From Fimicolochytrium jonesii (taxonomy: Eukaryota), in the NCBI RefSeq assembly GCF_025526975.1, contig NW_026515687.1, positions 496,001-560,000 of the forward strand: DNA of 64,000 nt, in the 5' to 3' direction. A model generated the notes under the pieces. That model searched no databases, was not told the origin of the DNA, and worked only from the letters and a program-made list of their open reading frames with translations. Position 1 is the first letter of the stretch, and each line of letters opens with the position of its first letter. Made by a program: the position numbers and the translations under genes. This document shows positions 48,924-58,947 of this stretch, in pieces.

Positions 48924-50613
48924 TCAATCCGAATCTCCGTCTGAACCGATTCTGATGATGAGCTGTTCTTCTTCGAGCAGACACGTGAAGGAGCCATCGT
49001 CCCCGCCAAACCGTTCAGATATCTCCTCCGCCAGCGGCTGTCCTTTCTCAAATGCATCTTCATCATAGTCCCATCCTAGCTCGAAGTCCAGTGCAAAGTC
49101 GGTTGTGTCAAAGAAGTCCTCTGGGAGACGGGCTAAACAACGCAGAAATTCCAGGAGAACCTTTGGTGAACACTGCTCGCCGTCACCTCGGATCCGTACA
49201 GATCGCTCATCGATGCTTTTCGGGACTTTTAGGAGGCTAACCAAGTGCTTCGCCTTCATGTCGAGCCAGGGGATGACCTCCAGATCCGCAAGATTGGGGA
49301 GGTCGGAGATGTGTGCAAAATCGTCGTCCTCAAACGACACGCCATCGTAGGCAGATTGAGCACACGAAGAGATTACAAGTTTTTTCAATTTCGGGCAATG
49401 CTCGGCTAATGTTTGCCCGAAACCTTCAAACACGCCTATTGGGTCAAAAGAAAAGCCATTTCAAGGTGTAAGTGTTTCTGTCCCAAGGCGTTTCAACTCA
49501 ACGCAGACAGCACCTTCAGATAGATCGAAACATTCTGGAAATATTGTAAGATTTGAAAGCTTTGGACAGGGCTTCAGGACAGCGGTCAAGCTTTCTTTTG
49601 TGATCCGAGCTCCGTCGCGCCCCGCGCTAGCACCAAACCTGAGGATTCTCAAATTTGGTTTCGACGCTTGGGCGAACGCCAAGAGTCGTCGAGGGAAAGT
49701 CCCCGGGTGTTCAAGCGACACATGCACTTTGGCCCAATCGAACTCTCGCCATCCACCGATCCACCACACGAATTTTTCCCATAAAGCATCTGATACGTCG
49801 AACTGAGGCTCTGCGGTAATGAAAGTGTCGCCAAAGTATTCATCCCTAGGATCTTTCGGAAAGCTGCAAACGGCATGTTTGTCAAACTGCATGGCAGCGC
49901 GACAATGACTAGGGATATAATGCTCACCTCAGATGAGGACATGTCCTCATCATAGTGGTCAATAGCGTGTCATCGATTCGCACATCCCAGCGCATGTGCA
50001 AGTGATGCAAGCCTCCGAAACCGGCAGCATGCCATCGGCTCAGCGCTATGCCCAAAAGCTTTGCGTCAACTCCCAACGTAGCTGGGGTGGCCGTCCCTGT
50101 CTCCGGGTCAACATATACGTATGTTCCCTGAGCAGAATGACCTTGTCCAAGCCAGTCCTTTCCAGTGATGGTGGTGACGGCCGGGCAGCATTTGGAGGCG
50201 GCGTCGAAGAAGGCGTTCGGGGGAACATGGGATACATGAATGCGACGCACGTTAGGCACGCTACCGAGCCACTTGGTCCACGATGCCGGCGGTTTTGCCC
50301 CGACGGCGCCGCGAATGTTCAAGGTGAGGACGTCGCGGAGGTTTTGGGCCCCCGGGGTGAAGACTACTTCGTCATTCGACTGATCCCATTCTAACGTCAC
50401 TTCAGCGAGCCTGGCGGCACGTATGCAGTGCGTAACAAGCGTTTCCCACTGGGGGCAGACCTGCGACAAGATGAAACAGCGAGGCAGCGCCGGCCCCGGC
50501 GAACAGGCTTTGCGCTCCCAGTCTTGGGGGGCGACCTCTCCAAGGTCTTCGCGGACAAAGGAATCGAGGATGCGTCGCCACAGTTCGACGGGCAGGTCGC
50601 GCAGTATGGCCAT
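48924..50613 (-). CDS. F-box/LRR protein, possibly disrupted
   Basis: F-box start MAILRDLPVELWRRILDSF. LRR segments CPHLR, CPKLSNLTI, CPKLKKLVI, LPNLADLEV in three consecutive ORFs. The breaks near 49900 and 49450 are very short introns or frameshifts. Confidence 0.65.
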
Positions 50614-50768
50614 GTGGTAGCAGTAGGGAAGCGCTGCAGGCACGCTGACGGAGACGCGACAGACAGCCAACGGGCTTTGGAAAGCAAAGCGTCTGCCCCT
50701 GTTGGCAAGCTCAATGCTCGAGGTACAGCCAGGGAACATAAACCTGTAACCCCCGCCGAGCAAGTCAG

Positions 50769-51011
50769 GGGATTGACTAGAAGTGGGTAACTCGTGCTAA
50801 ATGTGAGGAACTCGGGTTAGGGTTAGACTAGTTAGACAGCTGCCGAGCGGAGCGAGTAGACCCTGATTGTAGGAGGCCGGGTAAGGCCGACTCACCGAAG
50901 GCAAAGGGGTTAGGTTTGTTAATCAAATGGTTCACTTTGGCTGTAAAAAAGTCTTATTCTGGAGGTGAGCTACCCACATTTAGCACGAGTTACCCATTTC
51001 TAGTCACGCCC
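50769..51011. mobile_element. Mutator-like MITE, 243 bp
   Basis: 37-bp TIRs gggattgactagaagtgggtaactcgtgctaaatgtg (50769-50805) and the reverse complement at 50975-51011, 3 mismatches. Exact 9-bp flanking direct repeat GCAAGTCAG at 50760-50768 and 51012-51020. Confidence 0.88.
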
Positions 51012-51291
51012 GCAAGTCAGTGTCTGCTGGCGCGTGCGTGACTCATCATCACCGACTCGGCTTGCACCGTGTCTCAGATCTGGAAGCCATCCCCGCTTTT
51101 TCAATGCAACGACCCATCATCCTTGCTCAACGGGGGCCTAGCTACTCCTACTACCTAGTTATGCCTCCGTCAGCCGCAATCACACTGGCCATCCTCGACG
51201 GCATGGAATTCACCAGATTATGAAGATGTCGTTCCATGGTCGGCCACAACTGCTGAACAATCGTATCCAGTGTTGCCGCCGTCGGATTGGC

Positions 51292-52270
51292 TGTCGGGGA
51301 TATCTCATCTTCACTTGTATTTCATATTATATCTCTTTACTTCTACTTGATCCAAGACCCGGGCTGGCCACCCGAGCTCTCGGTGATACATTACATAAGG
51401 CGCCAAGCCTCACTGAAGCCACGCAAGCCCCGTTGGCAGCCCATATATAAAGCTGTCAGTCGAGCGGCCGCTGAGAAAAGCTTCTGACTTTTTTCTTCAC
51501 TACAATACACTGCTCTCAGCCCTCTCAGAAGGGCCCAATATCGTCTACGTTTCCTCTGACGTTACATGGTAGCACCACCTACCGCTAGCATCACCAAGAT
51601 ATTCCTTGTCAACGTTGCCCCTCTACCGGATGTTGCCCTTACACTCGTTCACAAGCAAGAATGGACGGACAGACTCAAGCTATCGTTGCGGCTGTCGCAG
51701 CTGCTTTCGCTACTCAGCAGCGTGCTAGTACGCAAGAAACCCAACGAGCCGAACGTTTCAAGCTTCTTATGGACGCTCGCAAGAACAAGCTCGTCGAATA
51801 CGATGGCGCCAAAGCTGCCAAAAAGATCGAAGAGTTTGTGACATCTCACCACAACTTTCTCGAGTCTCTCACAGTCCTGGCTGTACAAGCTGGATCAGAC
51901 GGTACTGGAGCTGCCAACGCCATAGTCTTTACTATGGCAGACTACGCCCCTACGCTCACTACCTACCTCAAGGGTACTGCTCTCGAGTGGTACAATACGA
52001 CTTACGCCGCTGGACCTCCCGCAAGTTGGACAGCTTTTTAAACGGCTCTTGTCGCTCACTTTTATCCTCGCAACTTGCGTAATACTATTGAGCTCAAGCT
52101 CTCCGGCCTCAAGCTCGGGGACTCTCTTGAGAAATATATCAAGGAGTTTCAAGACACCAATAATGAGCTCGAACCGCTCATTGTCTCGATAACACTCAAG
52201 GCACCATTCCTCTTATCGATCAAATTTGATACTTCAAGGCCGGTCTTCTCAAAAATACGGTAATCGGTCA
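51292..52270 (+). mobile_element. Decayed LTR retrotransposon (Ty3/Gypsy-like) 5' portion: LTR end, PBS and gag pseudogene
   Basis: TATATAA at 51444; ...gttaCA at 51565-66 followed by PBS-like TGGTAGCA. Gag-like YLKGTALEWY..SWTAF*TALVAHFYP..LKLGDSLEKYIKEF..YFKAGL with stops and frameshifts, ending abruptly at the telomeric repeats. LTR 5' end is uncertain. Confidence 0.75.
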
Positions 52271-52617
52271 TTAGGGTTAGGGTTAGGGTTAGGGTTAGGG
52301 TTACAAGACCCCCTGGGTTGGGTTTTATTATTGGGTTGCCTGGAACCCTAGGGACTTAGGGTTAGGGTTAGGGTTAGGGTTAGGGTTAGGATTAGGGTTA
52401 GGGTTAGGGTTACAAAGGGGGTCTGGGGTTCAGGGTTTTGAGGTGATCATCTCAGACAGGCTACAGCCAATAATTAAAGTTATAGTTTAGGGTTAGGGTT
52501 AGGGTTAGGGTTAGGGTTAGGGTTAGGGTTAGGGTTAGGGTTAGGGTTAGGGTTAGGGTTACAAGACCCCCTGGGTTGGGTTTTATTATTGGGTTGCCTG
52601 GAACCCTAGGGACTTAG
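52271..52617 (+). repeat. Interstitial telomeric (TTAGGG)n tracts with duplicated spacer
   Basis: Tracts at 52271-52300 (5 units), 52356-52409 (9 units, one TTAGGA) and 52487-52558 (12 units). The 55-bp spacer ttacaagaccccctggg...ccctagggac occurs at 52301 and 52559. Confidence 0.97.
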
Positions 52618-53596
52618 AAATTTTCGGGTTTTCTGGCTTTTGGGTGTGTTCTACAGTTCGAATTTTTGACTCTGAGGGATGTAGTTGCGGGGGGTGTTGG
52701 GCACCTAAGCAAGTCGGGGAGGACTAGGTGTGCAAGGGCAAGTGATGGGTCATATGGGCGGTGGTGCGGGTACGGGCGGCAGCAGGGGTGCCAATAGGGG
52801 GGGGGGGGTTGATATAAAGGGGACATATATGTTATATATACGTTAGAGGACTTGTGCAAATTGGGATTCTTATAGTGCCGATCCGGAGTTGGCGTCCTAA
52901 TTGAAAAGTTGGCCCCATATCATATTCTCTAATTGAAGTACTCTCGGATTGGCAATCCGTGCGGAAACGGCTTCAGAAACTTAGAAAAACGAAATTTTTA
53001 CGCGACGGGGGGTAAAAAGTTGGAAAATGTGGTGATATCTCAACATCTGGCTGACTATCCAGTGTAGGGCACTTAATGAAAGTTGATTGTAGCCTATGGT
53101 TTGCATAGCTGATGTGGTAGCAAATCTTGTGTAACCTTGCTTTTGGCTGAAGAACAGGGCCCCTTTTCAATTCTCAAGTAGTGACCCCCAAGATCTCCTA
53201 ACAAAAGACACGAGTACGTATGTGCAGGCAAAGGGGTTTGGCTGTGTTCTCCAGTAAATATTTTGTGATTCCGCTGTGCATCGTAGACTGTTTGTAGGAC
53301 CGTTGCGGAATGTCATTTACCAAAACTGTTGAACATTTTCCAGTTAAAGCAGTGTTCTACAGTTTGTCCATGCAGGTTAGAGCACGTGACCTGGGCTTGC
53401 TTGCAGGGTACGCAGAGTGAGAGGGTTGGGGTTAGAGATTTCCCAGATCACTTATTAAATTCAGCCGAACTGTCTCTGTCATGGAACATTTAAAATGGTG
53501 GAAAGTAGTATTGCATTTATTGATTTAGAGTACATTGGAAAAGCGCACATTCAGAAAAGGGTTTTGGTGTAAAGTTATCAACGACATTCAACAGTA

Positions 53597-54415
53597 CTAA
53601 AGGACTTCCGCAAGCATGTCACGGACTTGGTTCTGTCCAAAAGTCGTACGGCACTCAGGGTACCTGGCGCAGCGGAGACGGAAACGATGCTGACCGCCAA
53701 TGCTATGAAAAGCTGAGCCTCCACAGTTGGGACATTGAAGCTGATCACGATGCTGATGGAAGAGTTCACGGATATTGCCAATGGGAGCAGCATCAGGCAC
53801 TTCCCCATCCCCATGACCCCACCAAGCACGAGCAGGATCAATGACGGGTGCAATGCCTTTGAACCATCCGGGATTGAAACCAAACGACGAGTTGAGAACA
53901 TCTCGGAAGCGCTGACAGTCTGTCACAGTAGTCTGTCTATTGCGATCTCCTCTGAATAGAACTCTGGTGGCAGCGTCCATGATGCCATTGATGAGACTGT
54001 AGTACTCTTCCACCGGCACAAGCTTCAAGGAGTTTGCGCCCATGTGCTGGAAAATGGTCTCGATCTGGTCCAAATGGAGATTCAAAACCATCTGTTCCGC
54101 TGATTCCAACCTGGCGCACTGAACTCGCACTTCAACTCGCATGCCAGTAATGTGGAGCGGGTGACTGTTGAGCCATTGACGTAAACCTCTCAGTGTCTCA
54201 CTGCGATCCCCAAGGCTGGACTTGGTTTGGGGCATTCGCGAAGACAAAGTCGAAGAGTAGGCTTTGAGCGCATGAACAAGCTTTGGGTAGCAAGTAACCC
54301 AAACATTGGCGTGACCCGCAATGTCAAAGCGGGTGGACCCTGTCACAGTCCACCCTATGGTATATACCATAGGGTGGACTGTGACAGATCCTATAGTAAA
54401 AAAGAAGACTCCCAT
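53597..54415 (-). CDS. Hypothetical protein with C-terminal C4 zinc ribbon
   Basis: 272-aa ORF ending CPNCGG..FRLRCARYPECRTTF. The 5' end runs through a perfect palindrome, so the true start is uncertain. Confidence 0.6.
   Translation of the reverse strand: MGVFFFTIGSVTVHPMVYTIGWTVTGSTRFDIAGHANVWVTCYPKLVHALKAYSSTLSSRMPQTKSSLGDRSETLRGLRQWLNSHPLHITGMRVEVRVQCARLESAEQMVLNLHLDQIETIFQHMGANSLKLVPVEEYYSLINGIMDAATRVLFRGDRNRQTTVTDCQRFRDVLNSSFGFNPGWFKGIAPVIDPARAWWGHGDGEVPDAAPIGNIRELFHQHRDQLQCPNCGGSAFHSIGGQHRFRLRCARYPECRTTFGQNQVRDMLAEVL
54340..54387. repeat. Perfect 48-bp palindrome
   Basis: ctgtcacagtccaccctatggtat|ataccatagggtggactgtgacag equals its own reverse complement, with no spacer. Confidence 0.97.
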
Positions 54416-54785
54416 AGTATAGAATGGACTGACCCATAGTTCAAAACTGCTCTGCCGGATCCCATAGTAAAAGAATTGTCACATATCATCTTATTCAACA
54501 TTTAAACATCTCCCTCCACGCCATCGGATCACGTGACGGCACATGACTTCTCTCCATTCATTTCGAGTCACATTGCGTCATCTTCTGTCATTCCGCCGCT
54601 GTCCTGTCAACCGTCAATCCGTCACGCGTTCCCTCCATTCCGCTCATGACCGCCGCCATTCCTCTCAAACCTCTTTAACTTAACCTTCGCCTCCGTCCAC
54701 AGCCGTAGACACTTTCTTCACATCGTCCCTCTACATCCACCTCTTCATTCACTTATTCGTTTTTGTTAACGTCAAATCTACCTAG

Positions 54786-54923
54786 TTGTTCTCCGATTGG
54801 TGACAAAGTGAAATAAGTTATACGACTTTTACACGTTGTCACCTTTCGGAGAACAAGAATGCTTCTCACACGTTTCTCTCCGTTCCTCTTGGAAAAAAGA
54901 GGGAAAATAAATGACGCCTCCCC
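54786..54923 (+). repeat. Hairpin cassette copy 1 (71-bp inverted repeat plus downstream TAAATG segment)
   Basis: 25-bp arms ttgttctccgattggtgacaaagtg / cacgttgtcacctttcggagaacaa around the core aaataagttatacgactttta, then ...gaaaataaATGacgcctccc. Confidence 0.92.
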
Positions 54924-54975
54924 ACCCACCCCTCCATTCACTCTTTCGTTTCTGCTACAGTCACATTCTACCCAG

Positions 54976-55113
54976 TTGTTCTCCGCAAGGTGACAAAGTG
55001 AAATAAGTTATACGACTTTTACACGTTGTCACCTTTCGGAGAACAACAATGCTCCTCACACGTTTCTCTCCGTTCCTCTTGGAAAAAAGAGGGAAAATAA
55101 ATGACGCCTCCCC
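54976..55113 (+). repeat. Hairpin cassette copy 2 (190 bp after copy 1)
   Basis: Same arms and core at 54976-55046 and the same downstream segment ending aaataaATGacgcctccc (ATG 55101). Confidence 0.92.
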
Positions 55114-55181
55114 ACCCGCACCTTCATCAATCCAATGAAGACCATATCTTATTCAAAACACTATTTACAAGATCTAACGGA

Positions 55182-55664
55182 TTACTCATCAGAGTTCAGA
55201 TGAGAGCAAATGTCTTCTATCTCTTCCCGCCACCGGAGCAACTCTTCCTGCACTGTCTCATCGTTGTCAATGTTGGCAATTTCCAAAAACTGTTTGACTT
55301 GAAGGATCAAGATGCGTACAAATCCCATACACTGGCAACCTTCTTCACGCATGCTATCATTGCATTTAACTGGATAGATGCAGAATTTTGTGAATTCCTT
55401 CAATCCATCCACATGATAAGCGACTTTTGAGAAGACGTAGCGGAGTTTGCATCTATCCTCGCCGAGATAAAACTTCTGAGTCCTTTTTGAAAATAGCCTT
55501 TGCGAGATATTGTAACGTATTGCGTTGATGTGATACTGGCGTTTATCAACCGGGTTTTTAGATCTGCAGTTTGGACGCTTGTTTTTCTGTTTGGGTGTCC
55601 GAGGCATGTTTTGCGTTTGTGTTGTGTGATATAAAAGGAATTGCACTCTAAATGGAACTTCCAA
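55182..55664 (-). CDS. Hypothetical viral protein
   Basis: 160-aa ORF, basic N-terminal part (MPRTPKQKNKRP), Cys residues and a coiled C-terminus. No recognised family. Confidence 0.5.
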   Translation of the reverse strand: MEVPFRVQFLLYHTTQTQNMPRTPKQKNKRPNCRSKNPVDKRQYHINAIRYNISQRLFSKRTQKFYLGEDRCKLRYVFSKVAYHVDGLKEFTKFCIYPVKCNDSMREEGCQCMGFVRILILQVKQFLEIANIDNDETVQEELLRWREEIEDICSHLNSDE

Positions 55665-55771
55665 TGCGACATTCCTCTTTCCATGCGACTCTATTTATAG
55701 ACGGCAAAATCCCGATCTCTTTCTTGCATAAGGAAAGGCAATGCCAAGGAAATCCGGTCTTCTCGATAGAA

Positions 55772-55954
55772 CACATGATTAGCGGTCATCCATCTCGAAA
55801 CAAATATTAGTGCCGGAACCAAATCCGATAACAACTTGCATTCGAGATAACTGTCAAGAAATGATACCACATGAGCAGCGGTCATCCATCTCGAAACAAA
55901 TCTTGGTGCGGGACCAGGACCAAATCCGATAACAACTTACACTCGATAATAACT
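55772..55954. repeat. Two-copy imperfect tandem repeat, about 96-bp period
   Basis: agcggtcatccatctcgaaacaaat and accaaatccgataacaactt each occur twice. Confidence 0.8.
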
Positions 55955-56066
55955 CCTGACATCATCGGATTTTCATTATCGATATTAACTTAATTTACAT
56001 AAAAGCGACCGCACTATAGGTTCCTAAATTTATTCTTTCCTTATTTCAAAAGGAAACCTATTAAAG

Positions 56067-57203
56067 ATGTCCGAATTTCTATTGAAAACCGCCGATTTGT
56101 CTCAATTTCTGGATCGTAATAAGGCTGATTTTGCGAATACTTCTAGAGAAGTTAAACGATTTCAGCAACATGGAGTATTTGACTCGATTGAACGATTATC
56201 CGCTTTGAATGAAGTTAAAAGTCTGATCAATAAATCCAAAATCTCTGCTCGCACTCCGAACGGGATCTCGAATAAATCCATGTCCGATGCCATAGGTAAA
56301 GTCCACCGGATCTTCAAAAACGCGGGATATGAAAGATTGAATATAAGCCCCGAGTTATTCGATAAGACGAGAAAGCCTTTGGCGGACGAATCTCACAGAT
56401 TGAACAACGAATATAATGCGAGGAGACGTCAAGGAATTCAACCCGAAATTTGGATTGAAGACTGGCAATCCGTTATGAAGGCAATGAAGAAGTATTATGA
56501 AGATAATCTTATGGAAATCTTCGATATGAACACTCCGAGTCTTTACCAGATTCAGTCCTTGCAAGATGGAATCATTGGGCTTTTCGTTTGTTATTTTTAC
56601 AATGTTCGCGCGAACTTTGCAAACTTGAAAATATTCAATCGGGATGGCGTAGATTGGAATAAAGACAATATTTTCATCTTTGATCAAAGGGACCCGAAAA
56701 AGGAAGGAAATGCGTCAATCTTATGGAATGATCGAAAGGCTGATCGCATCAAGAAAAGAAAACTTGCGAAAATTGACGGAGTCGAGGATAAAGATCTGAA
56801 CGGGTCGTATTTGCAGTTCTTTACCGCTCCGCCGCACAGCGATATTGTGGATGTGGATCCTAAATACGTCTGTGACATTTTACTTCGATTTATTCAAAAG
56901 TTCCGCAAAGAAGGGAATCTGATCTTCCTGGATGCAAAAGGCAAGGAGTTCAAGATGGATACATTTCGAGAGCACATTCAAGCGATTATGGAAAAGGCAT
57001 GCGGTCAAAAACATGGGATTCGTCTTTGTCGCAAGGTACAGATCACCCATCTCCGTAAAAATGGTATCTCGCGAGCCTCTTCCATTTTCCTAGCAGACAA
57101 TTGCCACCACAATGAGGAGGAAAATCTGAACTACTGCAGTGATGCTGTTCCGAAACCTACCGCCGGTTCCTCTCAAACTCCCGCAGGAGACCCGGAGCAT
57201 TGA
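56067..57203 (+). CDS. Tyrosine recombinase-like protein (PLV/virophage type)
   Basis: 378 aa. Candidate catalytic residues in the expected order: R in YNVRANFANLKI, K in WNDRKAD, xxR in GIRLCRKVQITH, H and Y in LADNCHHNEEENLNY near the C-terminus. Confidence 0.7.
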   Translation: MSEFLLKTADLSQFLDRNKADFANTSREVKRFQQHGVFDSIERLSALNEVKSLINKSKISARTPNGISNKSMSDAIGKVHRIFKNAGYERLNISPELFDKTRKPLADESHRLNNEYNARRRQGIQPEIWIEDWQSVMKAMKKYYEDNLMEIFDMNTPSLYQIQSLQDGIIGLFVCYFYNVRANFANLKIFNRDGVDWNKDNIFIFDQRDPKKEGNASILWNDRKADRIKKRKLAKIDGVEDKDLNGSYLQFFTAPPHSDIVDVDPKYVCDILLRFIQKFRKEGNLIFLDAKGKEFKMDTFREHIQAIMEKACGQKHGIRLCRKVQITHLRKNGISRASSIFLADNCHHNEEENLNYCSDAVPKPTAGSSQTPAGDPEH

Positions 57204-58557
57204 TATTAGATCTTGGCTCCCATGTCGATTGACTTAATGGATAATTACGATATTTTACTAAATATTCGACTATAGTCCTTTTGCCTACTTTTCTTGTTCG
57301 TTTATCTGCAATATATTCCACTTCATATTCTACGTCTTTGTTTAATCTCCCCGACCGCCTGGGAGGGGGTTGAATCGCTTCCTCTTCCTCGTCCTCTTCA
57401 CCCTGTCCATCATCCGGTGGTTCAAGATTCTCTACAGTCCGTGGGCGTTCGATACGCTGGTAAGGTGTAGGTACAAGCAATAATTGCGATCTTGCAAAAA
57501 GTCCTTTCTCGATCGTCCCATCTTGACTTTTAAGTTTGTAGGATGGTAATTGATTTTCATATGGTGATGCCACCACACCTGCGATTGTGTATAGTTCCGG
57601 TGCAAAGTATCCTGTCCTGCTTGGTTTCTTAATGTTTGTTCCAGAATATGGAAACACCTTTCTCACCGTTTCTCCAACCTTCAAAGTTGTTGCTCCACGA
57701 ACATTCACACTTTTTGCCGCACGACGCAAAATATTACCACCCGCTTCTGAATGAGTCGCAGAATCTGGAGCAGATTCCTCTATTTCATCCGGTGATTTGC
57801 GCGTAGTCGAATTGAAAGTGGAATTCAACGAATCTATCAATCCGGGCAGTGCCGTTACCCAGTCCTTGTTCCCTGTTGTTTCCATGAATATGGAGATCTG
57901 TTTACGAACAGATGCATTAGATCGCTCGATTATTCCATTCGACCATGGCTGATGTGGACGTGTTGTAAAATGTGGAACATTGATACTTTCTAAGTACTGG
58001 TCAAACACGTTTGCAAATTCGCCCCCATTGTCACTTACTAAACGCGTGAATGTCATATTGGGATTCTCCCTTATAATCTCGCGTAGTGCCCTTGTGCATT
58101 CCGCTGCTGTCTTTCCCTTTATCGCTTTTCCGTAGAGTTTTCTTGAAAATGTGTCAATCATACTGAAAACCGCACTAAACCCTCTGTAAGAATCGCTTGA
58201 CATATCCATTGTATCACATTGAAATGATCCTAATGAGGTAGAAACTATTGCACGTACACCAGTCGCTCGAACGGGTCTCCTGAATTTCTGTGCTATCGGT
58301 TGTCTCGATAGCCAGTTCATTACTTGTCTTCGAGATATGTTATTTTGCGGATCTTTCCGCAACATGAAATATAGACGATCGCGTCCATAGAAGTTTCGTC
58401 CTTCATAGAATAATGCTTTCAGTTTCCCTTCTTGCTCCGGGGTTAACGGCGGAGTCATTGATCTTTGCTTATTGACCAGAAATTTAATCAGTTTCTGGTC
58501 ATTTTTGTCATTGTTCGGTAAAAATTGATAAAACACCTGAATCTTTTTCTCGGGCAT
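57157..58557 (-). CDS. Retroviral-like (rve, DDE) integrase with C-terminal chromodomain
   Basis: FQCDTMDM (D), LVSDNGGEF (D), SNGIIERSN (E). Chromodomain EYEVEYIADKR..EYLVKYRNYPLSQSTWEPRSNI. Stand-alone, with no RT or RNase H, as in Polintons. Confidence 0.95.
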   Translation of the reverse strand: MPEKKIQVFYQFLPNNDKNDQKLIKFLVNKQRSMTPPLTPEQEGKLKALFYEGRNFYGRDRLYFMLRKDPQNNISRRQVMNWLSRQPIAQKFRRPVRATGVRAIVSTSLGSFQCDTMDMSSDSYRGFSAVFSMIDTFSRKLYGKAIKGKTAAECTRALREIIRENPNMTFTRLVSDNGGEFANVFDQYLESINVPHFTTRPHQPWSNGIIERSNASVRKQISIFMETTGNKDWVTALPGLIDSLNSTFNSTTRKSPDEIEESAPDSATHSEAGGNILRRAAKSVNVRGATTLKVGETVRKVFPYSGTNIKKPSRTGYFAPELYTIAGVVASPYENQLPSYKLKSQDGTIEKGLFARSQLLLVPTPYQRIERPRTVENLEPPDDGQGEEDEEEEAIQPPPRRSGRLNKDVEYEVEYIADKRTRKVGKRTIVEYLVKYRNYPLSQSTWEPRSNINAPGLLREFERNRR

Positions 58558-58716
58558 GAGCGCTCAGTAAAGAGGTCATGCTATATAGGCAAAGATTCGA
58601 AAAAGCCTGAAAATGCACAACCCAAAATAATAAAATGGCTCAGGAGTTTGGTCGCGCGGAAGTCTTTGTTGCTCAACTCGTAGAATAGTTTTTCGTCATA
58701 TTCGGGACGGAAATCT

Positions 58717-58926
58717 TCAAGCGGTCTTTTTCCGCCTAGTGACTTTTGGTTTTACCTGGTCGTCTAAAATCTTCTGTACCAATGCTTCTGCCATTTCCTT
58801 CTGTAAGGATTCGAGTATTTCTTTTCTGGAGTTTTCGTTAACGTCTAACCAAAGGCGATCTTGCGAAAGCGCTGCTAATACGGTGTCATACGTTTCCTTT
58901 GTTACAATTTCTGGTATATAGAACAT
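58717..58926 (-). CDS. Small hypothetical viral protein
   Basis: 69-aa ORF starting 21 bp downstream of the ATPase stop, same strand, with a basic tail. Confidence 0.5.
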   Translation of the reverse strand: MFYIPEIVTKETYDTVLAALSQDRLWLDVNENSRKEILESLQKEMAEALVQKILDDQVKPKVTRRKKTA

Positions 58927-58947
58927 TTCTATTCAAAAACCAACAAT

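Noticed and set aside
52271..52617. CRISPR-like repeat-spacer array
   Set aside because: The repeats are telomeric hexamers, the spacers are duplicated rather than unique, the context is eukaryotic, and there are no cas genes.
54786..55113. Hairpin copies as CRISPR repeats or as element TIRs
   Set aside because: 71-bp units with near-identical downstream sequence and only three copies, all in direct orientation and internal to the viral gene block.
57157..58557. Integrase as the pol remnant of the upstream gypsy gag
   Set aside because: Opposite strand, 5 kb away, intact while gag is decayed, no RT/RNase H, and embedded among viral genes.
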